Below, in pieces: positions 28,145 to 43,642 of a stretch of 64,000 nt of DNA. Origin of the DNA: Microthyrium microscopicum (taxonomy: Eukaryota); NCBI GenBank assembly GCA_010405405.1, contig MU004243.1, positions 305,340-369,339 of the forward strand. Reading direction: 5' to 3'. Every line of letters starts with the position of its first letter. Position 1 is the first letter of the stretch. The position numbers were made by a program, and so were the translations under genes. A model generated the notes under the pieces. The model was not told where the DNA came from. It saw only the letters and a list, made by a program, of their open reading frames with translations, and ran no database searches.

Positions 28145-28298
28145 TGTTAGAAGGTAATCCAAAAGGGACAAACTTTTGGGTAGTAGAAGATAATATTAAA
28201 ACGGATAACTCCTTAATCTAAGGTGTGCAAAGTATCTACTACTTATATAATTTGTACTAAGTTAGCATTCCCTTAATATTAAATAATATCTTTAAATA
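28145..28298. repeat. LTR (3' LTR of the minus-strand copia element)
   Basis: Aligns without gaps to 34905-35058. The differences I checked are C>T/G>A transitions. Confidence 0.93.
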
Positions 28299-31200
28299 CT
28301 TCCTCTTAATAGTAGTATAAATTAAAATTATAAATCCTATTTATATTACCTAAAATACTTATTTCTTTTGAATTATATAATATTAATATATAGTATAAGT
28401 TAGTACTTAGCTAAAGGCTATAAGGCTACGCGCTACTATATTAAGGTAAGTTAATATAGATATAGCTTTTATATAAATTAAGGAATTATATACTATTTAG
28501 GCGTAATCTCCTAAATCTACTAAACTAAGCTTTTTTATATATATTTTAAACTTTATAGAGACTAGAGGCTTTGTAAGGCTATCTATAATGTTCTCTACTA
28601 TTAGAACCTAATCTATATTAATCTTATTTTTAGCAACTTAATTATAAATAAAGTAATAGTAAATATTAATATACTTTAACTTTTTATAAAATATTAAATT
28701 CTTAGCTAGTACTAGCGCTCTAAGGTTATTACTATAAATAGTAATAGTTAAAGGGCTCTTATATTAGAAGTTAGATATTAGTCCTTTAAGCTAGATTGCT
28801 TCTTTAGTAGTTTTAGATTTAGTAATATATTTAGCTTTATAGCTAGATAAAGCTACTATAGCTTATTATTTAGAGCTCTAGCTAATTGCTATGCTACTAA
28901 TCTTAAAGACATAGTCTCCTATTAACTTTCTCTTCTTTTTATCTTCTCCCTAATTAGAGTTAGTCTAGCTTACTAGATTTATTTTTATATTATTATTTTT
29001 AATAATTAGTCTAAAGTTCTTAATCCTATAAAGATATTTAAGAAGATATTAAGTAGCTATTATATACTCTTTTAATAGATTTAAGAAGAAATAACTAAGG
29101 ACTAATATTAAGTAATAGAGATTAGGTTTTATACCTAGTATAAAATATATTACTAAGCTAATAAAGGATTAGTACTACTTAATATTCTGCTCTTTAGCTT
29201 TATTAGTATTAATAATAAGCTTAAGATTATTAAGTATTAGAGTCTTAACTCCTTTATTAATACTATTAAACTTAAAGTTATTAAGAATCTTTTAGTAGTA
29301 AGTGCTTTATAATATTATAAGTTTTAATCCTCTATTAAGCTTTTTGTAAGTAATCTTAATTCCTAGGTAATAGGATACTTTGCTAAAGTTTATTATCTTA
29401 AAACATTTAGTAAGTCTCTTTTTAAAAGACTTAATTACCTTAAGGTTCTTACTAAATATTAAGAGGTTATTAATATAGATAGTAATAATAACTTTTATCT
29501 TATAGTTAATAAAGATACTCTCGTTATAAGGATAGGGTTTAAAACTAAAATCTATAAGTACTTTTTAAAGTATAAGAGACTAGATCTAAGGAGCTTACTT
29601 AAGTCTATAAATAGCTTTGTTAAGTTTAGTAACTATACTTTTATAGGCATAGTTTAGTAGTAGTTTTATATAGACTATTAGAACGTTTTCTTCTAGGTTT
29701 ATATTATTATAAAGGAATATAGTCTTTATATTTATTTAATAGACGTACTAGTTATGAAGGATAGCTAGTATAAAGAGTAGTCTCTAACTTATTAATTTAA
29801 TTATAAAGGTAAAGGTTTTAAAGTAATTAATTCTATATATTTGCTTAAAGTTATAAGTAACTTAGTATACTTTATAATAAGTAATGTTGCCTTCTAAGTT
29901 CTATTTAATCTTAAGAATATATTTATTAGATATAATATAAGTATCTTTTAAAGGGCAAAAAACTACGTCTTATATACTATTATTTAATAAGAATAAATAC
30001 TTATCTTTAATAGTATCTATCTAGTTATAAATAAAAGGAGATTTAAGTATTTAAGCGTAGTTCTTTAGTTTAAGGTCGTTTCTATTCTTTCTAAGGAGGT
30101 AGAAGTTAGGTAGTATTACTATAAGGGAGAGTCTAATAGTTTAATGCTTTTTAGTAATTAAGAGAATCCTAATGCGCTTAATAATTTTTTTAAGGATATC
30201 TTTTTTAGGCTTAGATTTAATAATAGCCTATGCCTCTCTTCTTTATTCTTTATAAACTATTAAGATTTTGTTAATATTATTCCTCTTAGTAATTTATTCT
30301 TTAGTAAGTAGTAATAAGAAATTAGTTTTCTTCTTATTAATAAATATAGTAAAGTAGGTATTCTTATTATTATCTAGAACGTAATAAATAAGTTCTTTAT
30401 TAGGTATAACTATATTATTATAGAGTGAAGTTAAAGACTAATTTAGTTTATTATACTCTCCCTTAAAGTAATTAGTAGCTTTACGTTTATAAGAGTGCTT
30501 CTTCTTAATAGAGGTAAGGGTAATATATAAATAAAGACTTATAAAGAGTATAAGATAGTTTATTTAAAGAACGTTAAATATATATAGTAGAAATTTTAAT
30601 TACTTAGGAAAAGTGCCTTCTTTAAATTAAAGATCTCTAATAATCTTAATAAGGTCTTTATTAGTATTTTAGACGTAATACTAGTTAGTTTTAATTTAAA
30701 TACTATAGCTAGATCTGCTATAGCTAAGAAAAAAATATTATTCTATTTTAGTATTAGTTTTCTTTAGGTTATCTTATAGAATAGGTTTCTAGTAGAGAGA
30801 GCTAATAACGTAGAGATTTAAGAGATTAGGTTCTTTATTATAGAATATCTTATATAGAGATTTATCTTAGTAATTAATTAAGATTACTATAATATTAATA
30901 AAGATAGTAGTAGTACTAATTATTTTAGTATATAGTATTAGTAAGAGGTATACGTAGTATAGTAGTAAATAGGCTATATTACCTAGGGATTATATACTTT
31001 TTTTAGAAACTTTATTTTATTTAGGATTATATAAAGCTATTAGTTTAGGATAGATTTTATTTTTTTATTATATAGCGTCTATATTAACGTTTTAGAATTC
31101 TAAACTATTATTATATCTTATAATTTTAACTCTATTACTATATTTATTCTTAACCTAAAGTTACTATTCTTTAATAAAAAATAGTATGTTAGCTTTTAAT

Positions 31201-34200
31201 AATATAAAGCGGACCTAATAAAATTAAGAATAGTTATTTATAATAATAAGCTAGTATAGCTTTTGCCTCTTTTTACTACTTATAGTAGTAAAGTTAGTAA
31301 AGAGACTACTAAGATTTATATATACTTACTTAAGCCTTTAAGTTACTTAATTCTATATAGCTTTTAAGTAATTAAACTAAACTCCTATTGCTTTATTATA
31401 AGTAGTATAGCTAGTAATATAAGAGTAAGTAAGCTTAATTTAGCTCTTTAAAGTACGTTATAGATATATCTTACTTATATATCTAAGGCGTTAATACTAA
31501 AATTTAGTAGATACTATACGTTTTCTAAATATAAAGATAGTATTTATTAGTAGTTATATTTAGTAAATATAGAGCTATACTTGCTATTTAGATATAAGAA
31601 TAATATTTAAAGGGGGCTATTAAAGAGTATAGAGCTACTAAGTAAGGTAGCTTGCTATACTAATAAGGGAACTATTATTATAAAGAATTTAGGCCTTAGA
31701 GCCCTTAAACTAAACTCTAACGTTAGTCTTAAGATTATTAAGGGTTAAGAGAAGCTTCTTTAGTAAGATAATATTAAAAAATAGGCTAGAGATATAGGCT
31801 ACGTTACTAAGGATAAACGTCTTATAGATCTTATTACTATTTAAGTTAGTAATATAGGTAGGAATATAAGTAGTTTCTATTCCTTTAATATTTATATTTC
31901 TATTAAGTTCTAATAGTTATTAATTATTACTATTATTAATAAATCTTTTAGTAAAATAACTTAAGTTGCTAATAATATAGTAAGAAGTATCTAAGTTTAG
32001 AACCTAATCTTTCTAAGCTTTTATAGTAAAGACTAAGTTACTCTAAAACTTTTTGTTTATATTAATTATAGAGAGGGTAATTAGGTTAATAATGTTAACT
32101 ATAATCTAAACTTAGTTATATTTATAGTTATTCTTATTAAAGTTATCTTTAATATAGTTAACCTAACCTTAGTTATAGAAATTATGCTTATTAATATTAG
32201 GTTAACCTTATAAGGGTTAATAGGGGCGGCCTTATAATTAAGAGGGATAGCCCTAGTAAGATTGCTTTTATTATTATTAAGGATAGCATTATTAAGGACG
32301 TTCTTAAGCTCTACTCTTAATCTAAATACCTTAGTCCTTTTTAGCTTACTAGTTAACTAGACGTTTAGTAGCTTCCTTAACGCGTTTATTAAGTTTCTTT
32401 TAAGACTTAAAGAAGGCCTTCTTAAGTTTAGTATTAGCTAGTTGATTAAAGTAGCTACTAAGTTTGTTAAAGTTACTATATTATGAATAGGGATAATTTA
32501 GATAAGATTAGCTTTTAGTATTAGAGTTAACTATAGTAAGGGCTATATTATTATTCTTTTTTAACTCTTTTTTAGTATAGATAATAGCTACTAGCTTATT
32601 AAATTCTATAAAGGGTTTATTAGTAGCTAAATCCTAGTATTTAGTATTCTAGTATAGAGGAGTAATAATATTATTTATAATAGCTAGAATATTCTTTAGA
32701 AATTAGATATTCTAGAAGTATTTAGGAATTTCTTAGCCTTTTTTAAGCTTATAGAACTTAGTCTTAATCTTAAGGATAGAGTCTTAAAGGATAATAGTAG
32801 ATCTATTTAGTTACTATATATAGTCTTAAAGTCTATTAAAGACTCTCTTAATATAAAAGAAGCTAGCTAGCTTATATTAGATTAAGAGAATAGATAAGGC
32901 CTTAGATGCGTTAAACTTATTAATAATTATTACTTTTATATTTAGTTTTATAGTAATATAAAGAATTTTATAGGCTTTAGTATTATAATAGTACTAGTAG
33001 GCCTAATTGTTAGGAGTCTTAGTAAGAAGATATGCTTTATTATTAGAGAAGAAGCTCTATAGCTTATTAGATTTTATTAAGTGCTTAAACTATAGTTTTT
33101 AGAGTCTTTAGTTAGCTAAGCCTTAAAGGCGCTTATAGTTAGTAAAGTAGATAGCCTTAAGAATATTATCTAGCTTAAGCTTTAGCTTATTAGTAGAGAG
33201 TTCTTTTAAGGAATTAGAGAAAATAATAGGGTTTAATAATAATCTAGATAGGAAGATAGTAGTAGTAGTAAGAGCTATTTTCTCTATTAGAGACTTCTTT
33301 ATAATCTTATTTATTAGTAGGCTATATATTTTAGTAAGAGATTTATAAAATGCTTTTATTTATAAGGTAATAGCTTGCTAAATAATTTACTAAGTAGTAG
33401 CGTCTAATATTAAAGAGTTAGGGTTTACTAGTTAGTTAACTTTAGTAGTTCTTTAAGCCTTAGTAGTTATTAGCTTTACTCTTATAGTATTAGCTATAGC
33501 TTCTTATATAGTAACTTTAATAGTAGCCTTTTTAGTAGAAATAATAGTAGTACGTTTTAGTTAAATTACTATAGGGATAGTAGTAGCCTTATACTTATAA
33601 GTAGTTTTTAGAAGTATAGTAAAAGATAGAAGATCTTTTAGAGGAGTAATTTCCTAAATTCTAGAGTCTAAAGATAAGTCTAAAGATAAAGAAGATTATA
33701 CTAAGGATAATAATAAGGATAGGATTAAGTTAGAGTCTAATAAATCTCCTAGATTTCTATTTAGAGTAGTAGTCTTTATAACTACTAGAAGAGCTTTAGA
33801 TATCTTAATATTAATACTATCTTATTATTATAAAGATTAAGTAGGAGTATTATAATTTACTTTGCTATTAGAATCTAAGCTATTAATAGAGCTATTTGCG
33901 TTAAAGTACTTATCTAGTAGTTATATCTTAATAGTATAACTATTAGTTAAGGTTTAATTTAGTAAGGCTTTAAGTTTAGCCTAATAATAATATTTAGTAG
34001 CGTCTTTAGTAGTTTTAGTATTAATAGTAGCTTTGTTAGCTAGAGCTTTTTTACCTTTATTTAATTTATAATACTCTTGCTTTTTATAAAGCTTAGATTA
34101 ATAGTAAAGTTTAGTATTGTTATAAGTATAAGTCTTATTAATATTCTTTTAGACTCTAGCGTTTTATTTAGCCTTAGTTTTAACCTTAGTTTTAGTCTTA

Positions 34201-34904
34201 TTTATTATAGCTTTACTTAATTAGGTATTAGCTAGTTTCTTATTATAGTGTTAAGTTATTTTAATAGCTATATCTAGATAATATTCTTACTAAGACTTAA
34301 TTTCTATTAAAGGGAATTATATATCTATATATAAAGATAGTAAAAATAGGATTTATACTTTCTAATATAATCTCTATTTACTTTTAGTAAGACTTTTATA
34401 CTTAAGTTTTGTTAGGTTTAGGTCTCTATAGACTAATAGAATTTATAAGGCTATTATCTTCTATTATTATTATATAGTAGAATAAAATAGTAATAATTTT
34501 ACAATTTTGTAGTAAGTTTTTAGTAATTTAGAATCTTTACTTATCTTTTCGCCTTATTTAAGGAGTAAAACTAGTTAGATAGTAGTAATATAACTTTTCT
34601 TATAAAGTAATTAGTTAGCACTGTTCTATAATAGGACTTAGAACTTAGTAGTCTTACTATAGCTTTAGCTACTCTTAGTAACTAATCTTTAGTTATAACT
34701 ACCTTAGTAAGTAGTTAAACTGCTTTTAGGAGATAGCAAAGTATTATAGTCTGCTAAGGTGAATTAATACTTACTATTATAAGGTAAATAAATAGTAATG
34801 ATGCTACTACTTATTAATAGTATTATTATAGAGGTTTGTTTAGTAGAAAGAGAATAAAGCTATAAGGAGAGCGGTAGTAGTGAGCGTACTTTAGGCTTAT
34901 AACC

Positions 34905-35058
34905 TATTAAAAGGTAATCCAAAAGGGACAAACTTTTAGGTGGTAGAAGATAATATTGAAATGGACGACTCCTTAATCTGAGGTGTGCGAAGTATCTACT
35001 ATTTATATAATTTGTGCTGAGTCAGCATTCCCTTGATGTTGAACAACATCTTCAAACA
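34905..35058. repeat. LTR (5' LTR of the minus-strand copia element)
   Basis: Direct repeat of 28145-28298. Ends in CA followed by the TSD CTATT. Confidence 0.93.
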
Positions 35059-36309
35059 CTATTCAGACCGATAGTGGTCTATATACTGGCCGATACACAT
35101 GGGTCAGAATCTTAAGTAGACGATCTTACGGATCGTCGCTCTGCGGTACACAGGGACATCGGAGTGTCGTTGCGCTGTCCCAGTGCCCAGGCTAGCCTTG
35201 GCTGTTCATACTCTCACTATGCTTATCCGGATATCTTGATCACCATGTTATGATGAGGCAGCCTTCGAACGAGGCGTAGGCTACCGTAGCTACCTATTTT
35301 CCTATGCTGCTCATGTTGGTGACTTTCACCAGAGCGCAATTGACAAGCTTGCGTGCAATCACTGAATCATCATGTCGTACACGCACGTCAACTTCTGTTG
35401 TCTCAGCACAGTTTTGCTCCAAAAACTTTACTGTCTTGGAAAAGGGGAGCTAAACATCGTGAAAGGATAGAAACGACATTCCCCGAGCAGTACTCTCGAA
35501 TACCTCAATACCTTCTACGTCTTCAATCAATAAGGTATAGTCTTCGAATGCTAGTTGACTTACGCTGAGTTTAGGGTATGGACCTGTGGCGCCTAATACT
35601 GTAGGTTTCAAGCTACCCAGACGCTCAGGTACTTTCCACCTATAGCGTTTGCCGAAACAAGCTAGAAGATTTGACAACTATTCTCCGAATGAACGATGAA
35701 TACACTTGTCATACAACGATCCCGCCACTTGGTGTGGCAAAGTGGAAATCATCGAGGTGAACAGATTAAGTATATTTGATATATGCGATGATTTACTATA
35801 AGGATTAAAGCTTCCGTAACAGATTATTATTCCTTATTATAAAGGGTCGAAATGCAAACCTACCTGCCTATTCAGCATCTGCTACGAGCTCCATGTGCTG
35901 GGTTCTCTTTATTAAACGCTCCTTGTACCGGGATTTATTGACTTTTGACAACAGCTCATCTGACTGCCAGGCGTAATTACCTGGTAGTAGTATGATTGCG
36001 CAAACGTCCGGTTGTCATCTTAACACCAATGGAACGAGGGTTCGCTTGTCTGTCCTTTGAAATGAGGGTACATTCTTCCGTTTTGTCTCTCGTTAACAAG
36101 CGGCTTAATCCATCAATGATGCAACTTTCGGCCGGCTTCTATAGCCTGGCATTAGGGAGATAGCAGTTTCGTACATTGGCGTGTTGTTTGCATGGCTTGC
36201 TGATCAACTTATCATGAAGCCGTCTCGCCATTTTCTTCTCGATGGTTTGCGCGTTTCTGAGTGTCCTCGCAGTATTTTCCTCTATTGATTCGCGTCACCT
36301 TCATTCATT

Positions 36310-37481
<1,172 letters not shown>

Positions 37482-37801
37482 GCTTTGATTGCTTTGTACT
37501 ATCGCACTATAGGCACTAATATAACCTTGCCTAATAAGACTGATATAATATTGCCCTATTGTGACTAGGTAGATATGCTTGCACCAACTCAATTTGATAT
37601 TTATATTAGCCCAGTAATTCCGGACTGCACGAAGGTCATGTCCGCTTCATATTACAATAAATCACTCCTCCCGCTTTAATACATTCTTTTTTATCGGGGA
37701 AGGCAATAAGCAGTAGGTTAGAAAGACTTCTGTGATGCAGTAGGGGATGATCAGTGGCCACGAGTTCATCATTCACTCGAAAGGCTACTAAAAAACTCGC
37801 C

Positions 37802-39267
37802 ATGAGCTTTAAAGTCATGTCAGTTATTTTATTGGCTTTACTTACTGCAAACGAATTTGTTGTTGCCAGCCCGCTCCGGAGCCTGGAGGATACGACGTTG
37901 GCGAATTCAGCAGCGATAGGACGTCGATCTCTAGCTAGGTCAGAATTCAGAGTAGCAAAAGCAGAATCAGCCGGATTTTCTGTGTTTCGTCAGCAAGCTG
38001 TGGCCTTCAGAGAAGTAAGGCAAAACAAAGGTAGGTGTGGCTAAGTAAATCTGCAGCACATTTCTGACACTGTAACTCAGTCGCACCTCATACGATACCA
38101 CTCTATACTGAATATACCGGGTCTCCCAGTGGAAGATATATAGATCTTCTAGTAGACAGAGAATTCAGGGACAACAACTCTGCCATCAACAATCTCAAGG
38201 ATGCTTCACACGTAGCGCCCATCAAGATTGGTGATCAATCATTTCTTGGATTACTGGACACTGGAAGTGCTGATACTTGGGTCCTCAGCAACGAATTCAA
38301 ATGTAGCAGCAATCCGGAGTGTAATTCTTTAAGGGCGAAGGGTTACAAGCAAAGCTCTACCTTCAAGTTAATGCCAGAAATAAAGCTCGATGCTAGTTAC
38401 GCCACATTTGAGAGACTTCAGGGCATTTTCGGGAAAGAGACTGTCACTTTAGGAGGAGTCACAGCCAATGTGACCATAGGAATTGCTCAGAAAGGAGGAT
38501 GGCAAGGCAGTGTTCCTGGTACCATTGGAATGGCTTTCCCTGGGGACACTCGTGCCTTCGATAAAGATTTCAACGTGGACACAGCGACGATGCTAAAGAA
38601 TACTCCATACGACCCAGTATTTACCTCCATGTACAAGCAAGGTCTTGTTGATCCGTACTTCAGTGTTGCTTTGAATCGTCAAAATGAGGGCCCTGGAGCT
38701 CTTGCGTTAGGGGGTCTACCGGCCACTCCAATTAGGTACGAAGACAAGTTCACCAGTGCCAAGTTCGAATACTTGATATTCGAGGATGGTTCATATGGCA
38801 GAGCTGGAAATACGAATAAGGAGTACAGCTTATACATGATCAAACCACAAGGATTCAGCGTTGCTGGACGAGAGTTGAAAGAATCAGTAGACGCTATTGT
38901 GGATACTGGTTCTCCAATCACCTACGTACCTGAAGACGTTGCAACTGCGTTCAATAAGGCTTGGACACCAGCCGCTTCGAGGGATCAGATGAGCGGTCAG
39001 TGGTCAATCAATTGTGATGCGGTACCGCCCCCGTTCGCTTTCATAATCAACGGTACGAAACTATTCATGAGCCCAGAGGACATGGCTGTCAAAGGGGGAG
39101 TGAACAATTTGCCTCGAGTCAGAGCCGGGAAATGTCTAAGTACCGTTCAGGCATCGGGACTATTGGCAGCCGGAGTTCATATCATTGGCTCTCCTTTTCT
39201 GAAAAGCTTTGTGGCAGTTTTCGATGTTGGCGCAGCGGAAATGCGGTTTGCAAAACGTATTAGATAA
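37802..39267 (+). CDS. Secreted pepsin-like (A1) aspartic protease
   Basis: Signal peptide and pro-region, intron at about 38031-38080, two catalytic motifs LLDTGSADTWV and AIVDTGS, C-terminal IIGSPFLKSFVAVFD. Confidence 0.92.
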
Positions 39268-39451
39268 TGAATATACGTCAACTCAACAGACCTCTAACAT
39301 TTTCAGATTGTATGCCGCCTAGAGAATACACTGGCTTCAAAGAAACCCTTCTCCATGCTACATCGTAGGCCCCAGGGCAAATCTACCACTTCTCTGGGTG
39401 AAAAATTGCCATAGTGCCAGAGATGAAGTTTGTCAAAATGAGTTCAAGTTA

Positions 39452-42250
39452 TCAAGGTGCCATCGGCTTCCTCGGGGTGCCTTTATTTCTACGCCATAAA
39501 CGGTCAACACAGCTGCTGAATGTAGAACTATGCCCGGCATTAGCCCGCTTTTTGGCTTTCTTCACATCATTGGCTTGTGTTTTCCTGGAGAACATGCTAA
39601 GAAAGTAAATCTTCAGTACGCCAAATAGTACACAAATCGAGCTGAAGATAAGAAACAGAATTACAACAGCTAGGACTGTAGCACAGAAAGTCCAAATATT
39701 GAGGGGATAGGGCATTATTAGATCATGCATGGAGTAGAATGAAGTTGCTAGCGTCAATGGAGAGATGATCTAATTGTGTAAGCTGATTTCTTCGCTCAAT
39801 TAGAGCAGATACTAACCCAGATGGAAAAGGTAGCTACGTTGTAGGTATGTCTGGTTGTCTCGTTCTCTTCCATATCAAAGTCATGACGAAGCTGAAACTC
39901 GTTATTAGCTTAGTATAGATTTCTGAAGACTGAGCAACCACTTACAGATTTCAATACATTCGAGCAACGATTCTCAGAATCTATGACTTTATCCCTGAGC
40001 TTCTCCAATAGCTCATACGTACTTTGTAGCTTTGTCAGTAAATTTTGGATGATAGGCCGCAAGTCTTCAGGAAAAGAATCTGGGTCAAACAAATTGATAC
40101 TGCCATTTGGAGCCTCAAATTTCTTCCAGTCGTCAAGAAGTTTGGATGTAGATTTGGCTAGCTCCTTCAAACGGGGAAGAAGCTGGTTGCTCCTGTCATA
40201 AAGCCTACGAGCGAAATGTTCCTTCATGTGAGCCCGATGGTGTAACAACAAGCGTGCTGTGTCGTGTGAAGCCTCCTCAAGCTTCATTGTTTGTTAGCGA
40301 GTTGTCTGCCGCAACAAATTTGTATCGTAACGCACCAGTTTCTCGACGCCTTGCTCAAGGTAAAAATACGAGTGCGAAGATTCCTGGAAGACTTCGTCGA
40401 TCCGTATTTCCCAGATGCAGAGACAGTATTCTCTTGGATCGTTGGTGGACTTATCAGCATCGGCGTGTTCACCCCCTGCAGCAATTGGATCCTCTGATAA
40501 TACAGACTCATCCAAGTTCTCGATTTCTTCTATCTCGGGCACCTCATCATTTAAGCAATAAGCACACCATCTGAAGCAGTCGGTTCCGCTCACAGTGAGT
40601 GAAAAGATCGCTTTTTGCATTTCCAAATACTTGGATCTGTCATTCCATGTGTGCGAGGGTGAGAGCCTAGTCCATGACCTTTTTCCTTTTCTGACAAACT
40701 GTTGCCGTTCATCGCGTTTCTCGTATTCCTCTGGAGTATATATCCTCACTCTATGATAAGGCAGCGCAATATGAAAATGAAAGTTCGCAACTCCTGCTGT
40801 CTAGGTGTGAAGCATTAGCAACATGTCAAACTTCACACCTTGAATCCTATTCACCTCTGAGTAGATGCCAACTTACCGGCTGTACATTGAACTTGAGAAA
40901 CGGGTCAAGGTCTTGGTAATAATTCCACAAGGCTTCCTTCAACGCGGGTCTTTGATAGGCTGGAGCCGTGTCTGTTATTGCCTGACAAAAACATCCACCT
41001 GCATTCGGAATATAACTTGAGTGTTATCGTTAGATTTGTGGTTCTTGGTAGCGAAGACCTTATATGTGGTAGTTATAATACTTACACCAAAGTGCGCCGT
41101 CCATATGGGACGTGCTAGCCAAACAGATAATATTAGCTTCATGCGGATGAGCACCATATGGCCGTGAAGAGAACTTACTAGCTTAGACAATCGTTTCTTT
41201 AGCTCTATTGGTGAGAATTTTCCTTCATTGACCGAGTTTATGGAAGGATTTGATAGGCCGTCTGGCTCACATATGTTCTTCTCATGTAACCACGCAGATT
41301 TCACATGACAGGTAACACAGGGAATTTTACAATTCTGAAATTTCTCCTGGAAAATGCTACCTCTCCAAGGTTGTATGTCACTGCAAATTCGCTCCTCAAA
41401 AAATCTTTGAAAATTGTTTTCCATAGGGTCAATAATCTCTCGATTCGTTACGTGTGGACTTAAGACATTTCCTTCCAGCTTTCGCCTTTCAGAAAAGATT
41501 TTGGGCCATTTAGGTTTCAGGAAACCCATGATGTTCCATCCGAGTCGATCCTTTTGAGAGTGATTGTGTGTTGTTTCATTGCAAAACCGCGCTGTGTTCA
41601 CGATCTTTCCAGAGATCAGAGGATGTCGAATTTCAGCCTAGGAAGGTCGTAGCTGGGAGTACAAGTGTTTAAGTAACGACAAAGATCATATTGCAACTGA
41701 TACCTAGCAATCGTAGCCCTTTCATTTGCAGGCTCTCGCATCACTTCTGCTAGATCTGTCCACGTTGATGGCAATAACTGGTGAGCAAAACAACAAGAAA
41801 GCGTATTGGAGCCATGGGAATGTGTAAATAAGGTCAACTGACTACGCCCCGAGCTAGGGGATTTAGCATTCTGCCCCATGCTCCAATATCGCTTATCTCT
41901 TCTTTGATGGTAGTATGGGAGGATTGAATTTATACTTAAAGGTGCCCTCACTTCTCTTGAAGTGGAAACATCGCGACTTGCGAGTTTAAGATCATATGAC
42001 GCCGGCATGGGAAATAAATTTGCCGTAGTCTATAACAGACATTGCGTTTCATATTAGAGTGGGATTTCTTGAAACTGTACCGTAAGCTGGAAAATATGTA
42101 ACAGAAAAGATGAGATGAATGTAACGGAAGCCTAAGCCACATAGTATCGATGAAGTGAGGTAAGTCTTTCAACCCAACCGGTTCTGCCTTGAAATCCGCC
42201 TCACGTCAATATTGACCGAAGTACATGTCTCCGGAGGTCCCCGAAGTTGG
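39452..42250 (-). CDS. Multi-exon membrane protein with a CorA-like two-TM C-terminus; 5' end uncertain
   Basis: Spliced C-terminal exons (ORFs 40294, 39910, 39452 plus a small exon at about 39818-39892) give a coiled region then VATFSIWIISPLTLATSFYSM...WTFCATVLAVVILFL. Upstream ORFs 40975 and 41616, and possibly 42779, may be further exons. Confidence 0.55.
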
Positions 42251-43642
42251 GAAGAATGTAAGGATTGCCTATATGCGTAGTAGTCTTAGCTGCATTTCAG
42301 CCTGATGGCAACGGGACTTTGCGCAAGGTAGATTGCTTCGTGGTATATGCACCTGTTTCTTCGCTCAAGACTCGCAGAGGATGTGAAATTGGAATTGAGT
42401 GTGTTACTTTTCTAGGACCTTGACCGTCAATATTTCAAGTCATTGTTCTGTTAGAAACACTGCGACGAAAACGGGATTGTATTATACATAGTATACGAAA
42501 ATAAAGGTACAAATTCTTATGGAGAGCAAGGGACACCAACAACTCCAAGCAAATTAAACGAAATCGCTGAGAAAAGGACTTTTAACAATCACTTTTTGTG
42601 TAGGGCAGCGAGCGCATCGAGACGTGCCACATGCTGGACATGGGTTGACCTGAACGCTAATTGAATTATGCCCACAAGCACACTATGAAAAGTGTTAGCA
42701 ATTCTTTTGTGAAGTCGATAATAGTCATGGGAACCAACACATGACCAGTAAAACGCGAACTTCTTCTTCTGCTTATAATCAGCAATGCCACAACAGCCGT
42801 ACTTTATAACTAACGCATTCTCTTATGTTTTCTAATGGGTTCGAAAAGAAGGACAGGTTTGGAGGTGGTGGTGTTCTGAGTTCGAATTGTTGCAAGGTTT
42901 CGTAAACAGAATTACGACCAACGAGCTGAGATTCATCAAGGCTCATCATATCTACAGATAGTACCGGGAACTTGCTGAAGGTTCCTTGAAGATGTTTAAT
43001 GGGATCATTCGGACATTTGCAGTCGTTGAACATTTTGATTTTTCCTCGTTGAGCACAGACTGCATAGATTCCCAACAGTGTTGCAATCAAGAACAGGACG
43101 ATACTCCAACCCCCCAGGTACTTCTGGCCAGCGACAATCTTCTTTCACCCTTATATTCAGCCTTGTGGAATGTCATGGGCACAAAATTGCCAGGTAGGAC
43201 GACGACGATGCGATTGAAGAAATTCGCTGAGTGATACGAAGGGTACAACTAGCGCTTGCCCTGTTCAGTATGGTGGAGGATCGATGAATGGGAAGGCTTG
43301 ACGGCCGGGGTAATGAGCGTATGGCACGCGCAAAGATCGTGATGAACTATTCGACTTCTTTGTTAGCTTCCATTCTACGACGGGGCGCGTCTCTCTCGGG
43401 TAGTCGCACCTTGAATTTGGATAGCTGATGTTGCGGAAGGACGAAAAGGACGATAAGGACTAAACGAGAAGAAAGAACAAAGCAAAAGATGGCAAAGCTA
43501 TAACACAAGGAGAACGAACGGCAGGTTAAGCAAAAAGGGACGAATTGAGGCGAAACAGAAACAAGATAGCAGGAAACTCAAAATTTTGCAAGAATGTGAA
43601 TATGGATACTCATTGAGTCAACTTGACGAGAATTTGTTCAAT

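Larger units (their letters stand above)
28145..35058 (-). mobile_element. Full-length Ty1/copia LTR retrotransposon inactivated by RIP
   Basis: Two 154-bp LTRs with outer TG...CA ends and a 5-bp TSD CTATT (28140-28144, 35059-35063). Minus-strand PBS GGTTATAAGCC next to the right LTR and a polypurine tract at about 28299-28307. Relic motifs appear in PR-IN-RT-RH order: D*VLNLDTSYYI (about 32000), LIALYNPK*NKVSKK (about 31020), LNKAIY.LK*AP and TIYINNLLIF (from YVDD, about 29470), KYINIYYYFI and ENIIDSLTKPL (about 28560-28680). Confidence 0.95.

Noticed and set aside
28300..34900. AT-rich, ORF-free block as a centromere, organellar insert or foreign DNA
   Set aside because: It is fully explained by LTRs, TSD, PBS/PPT and RIP-mutated copia pol motifs.
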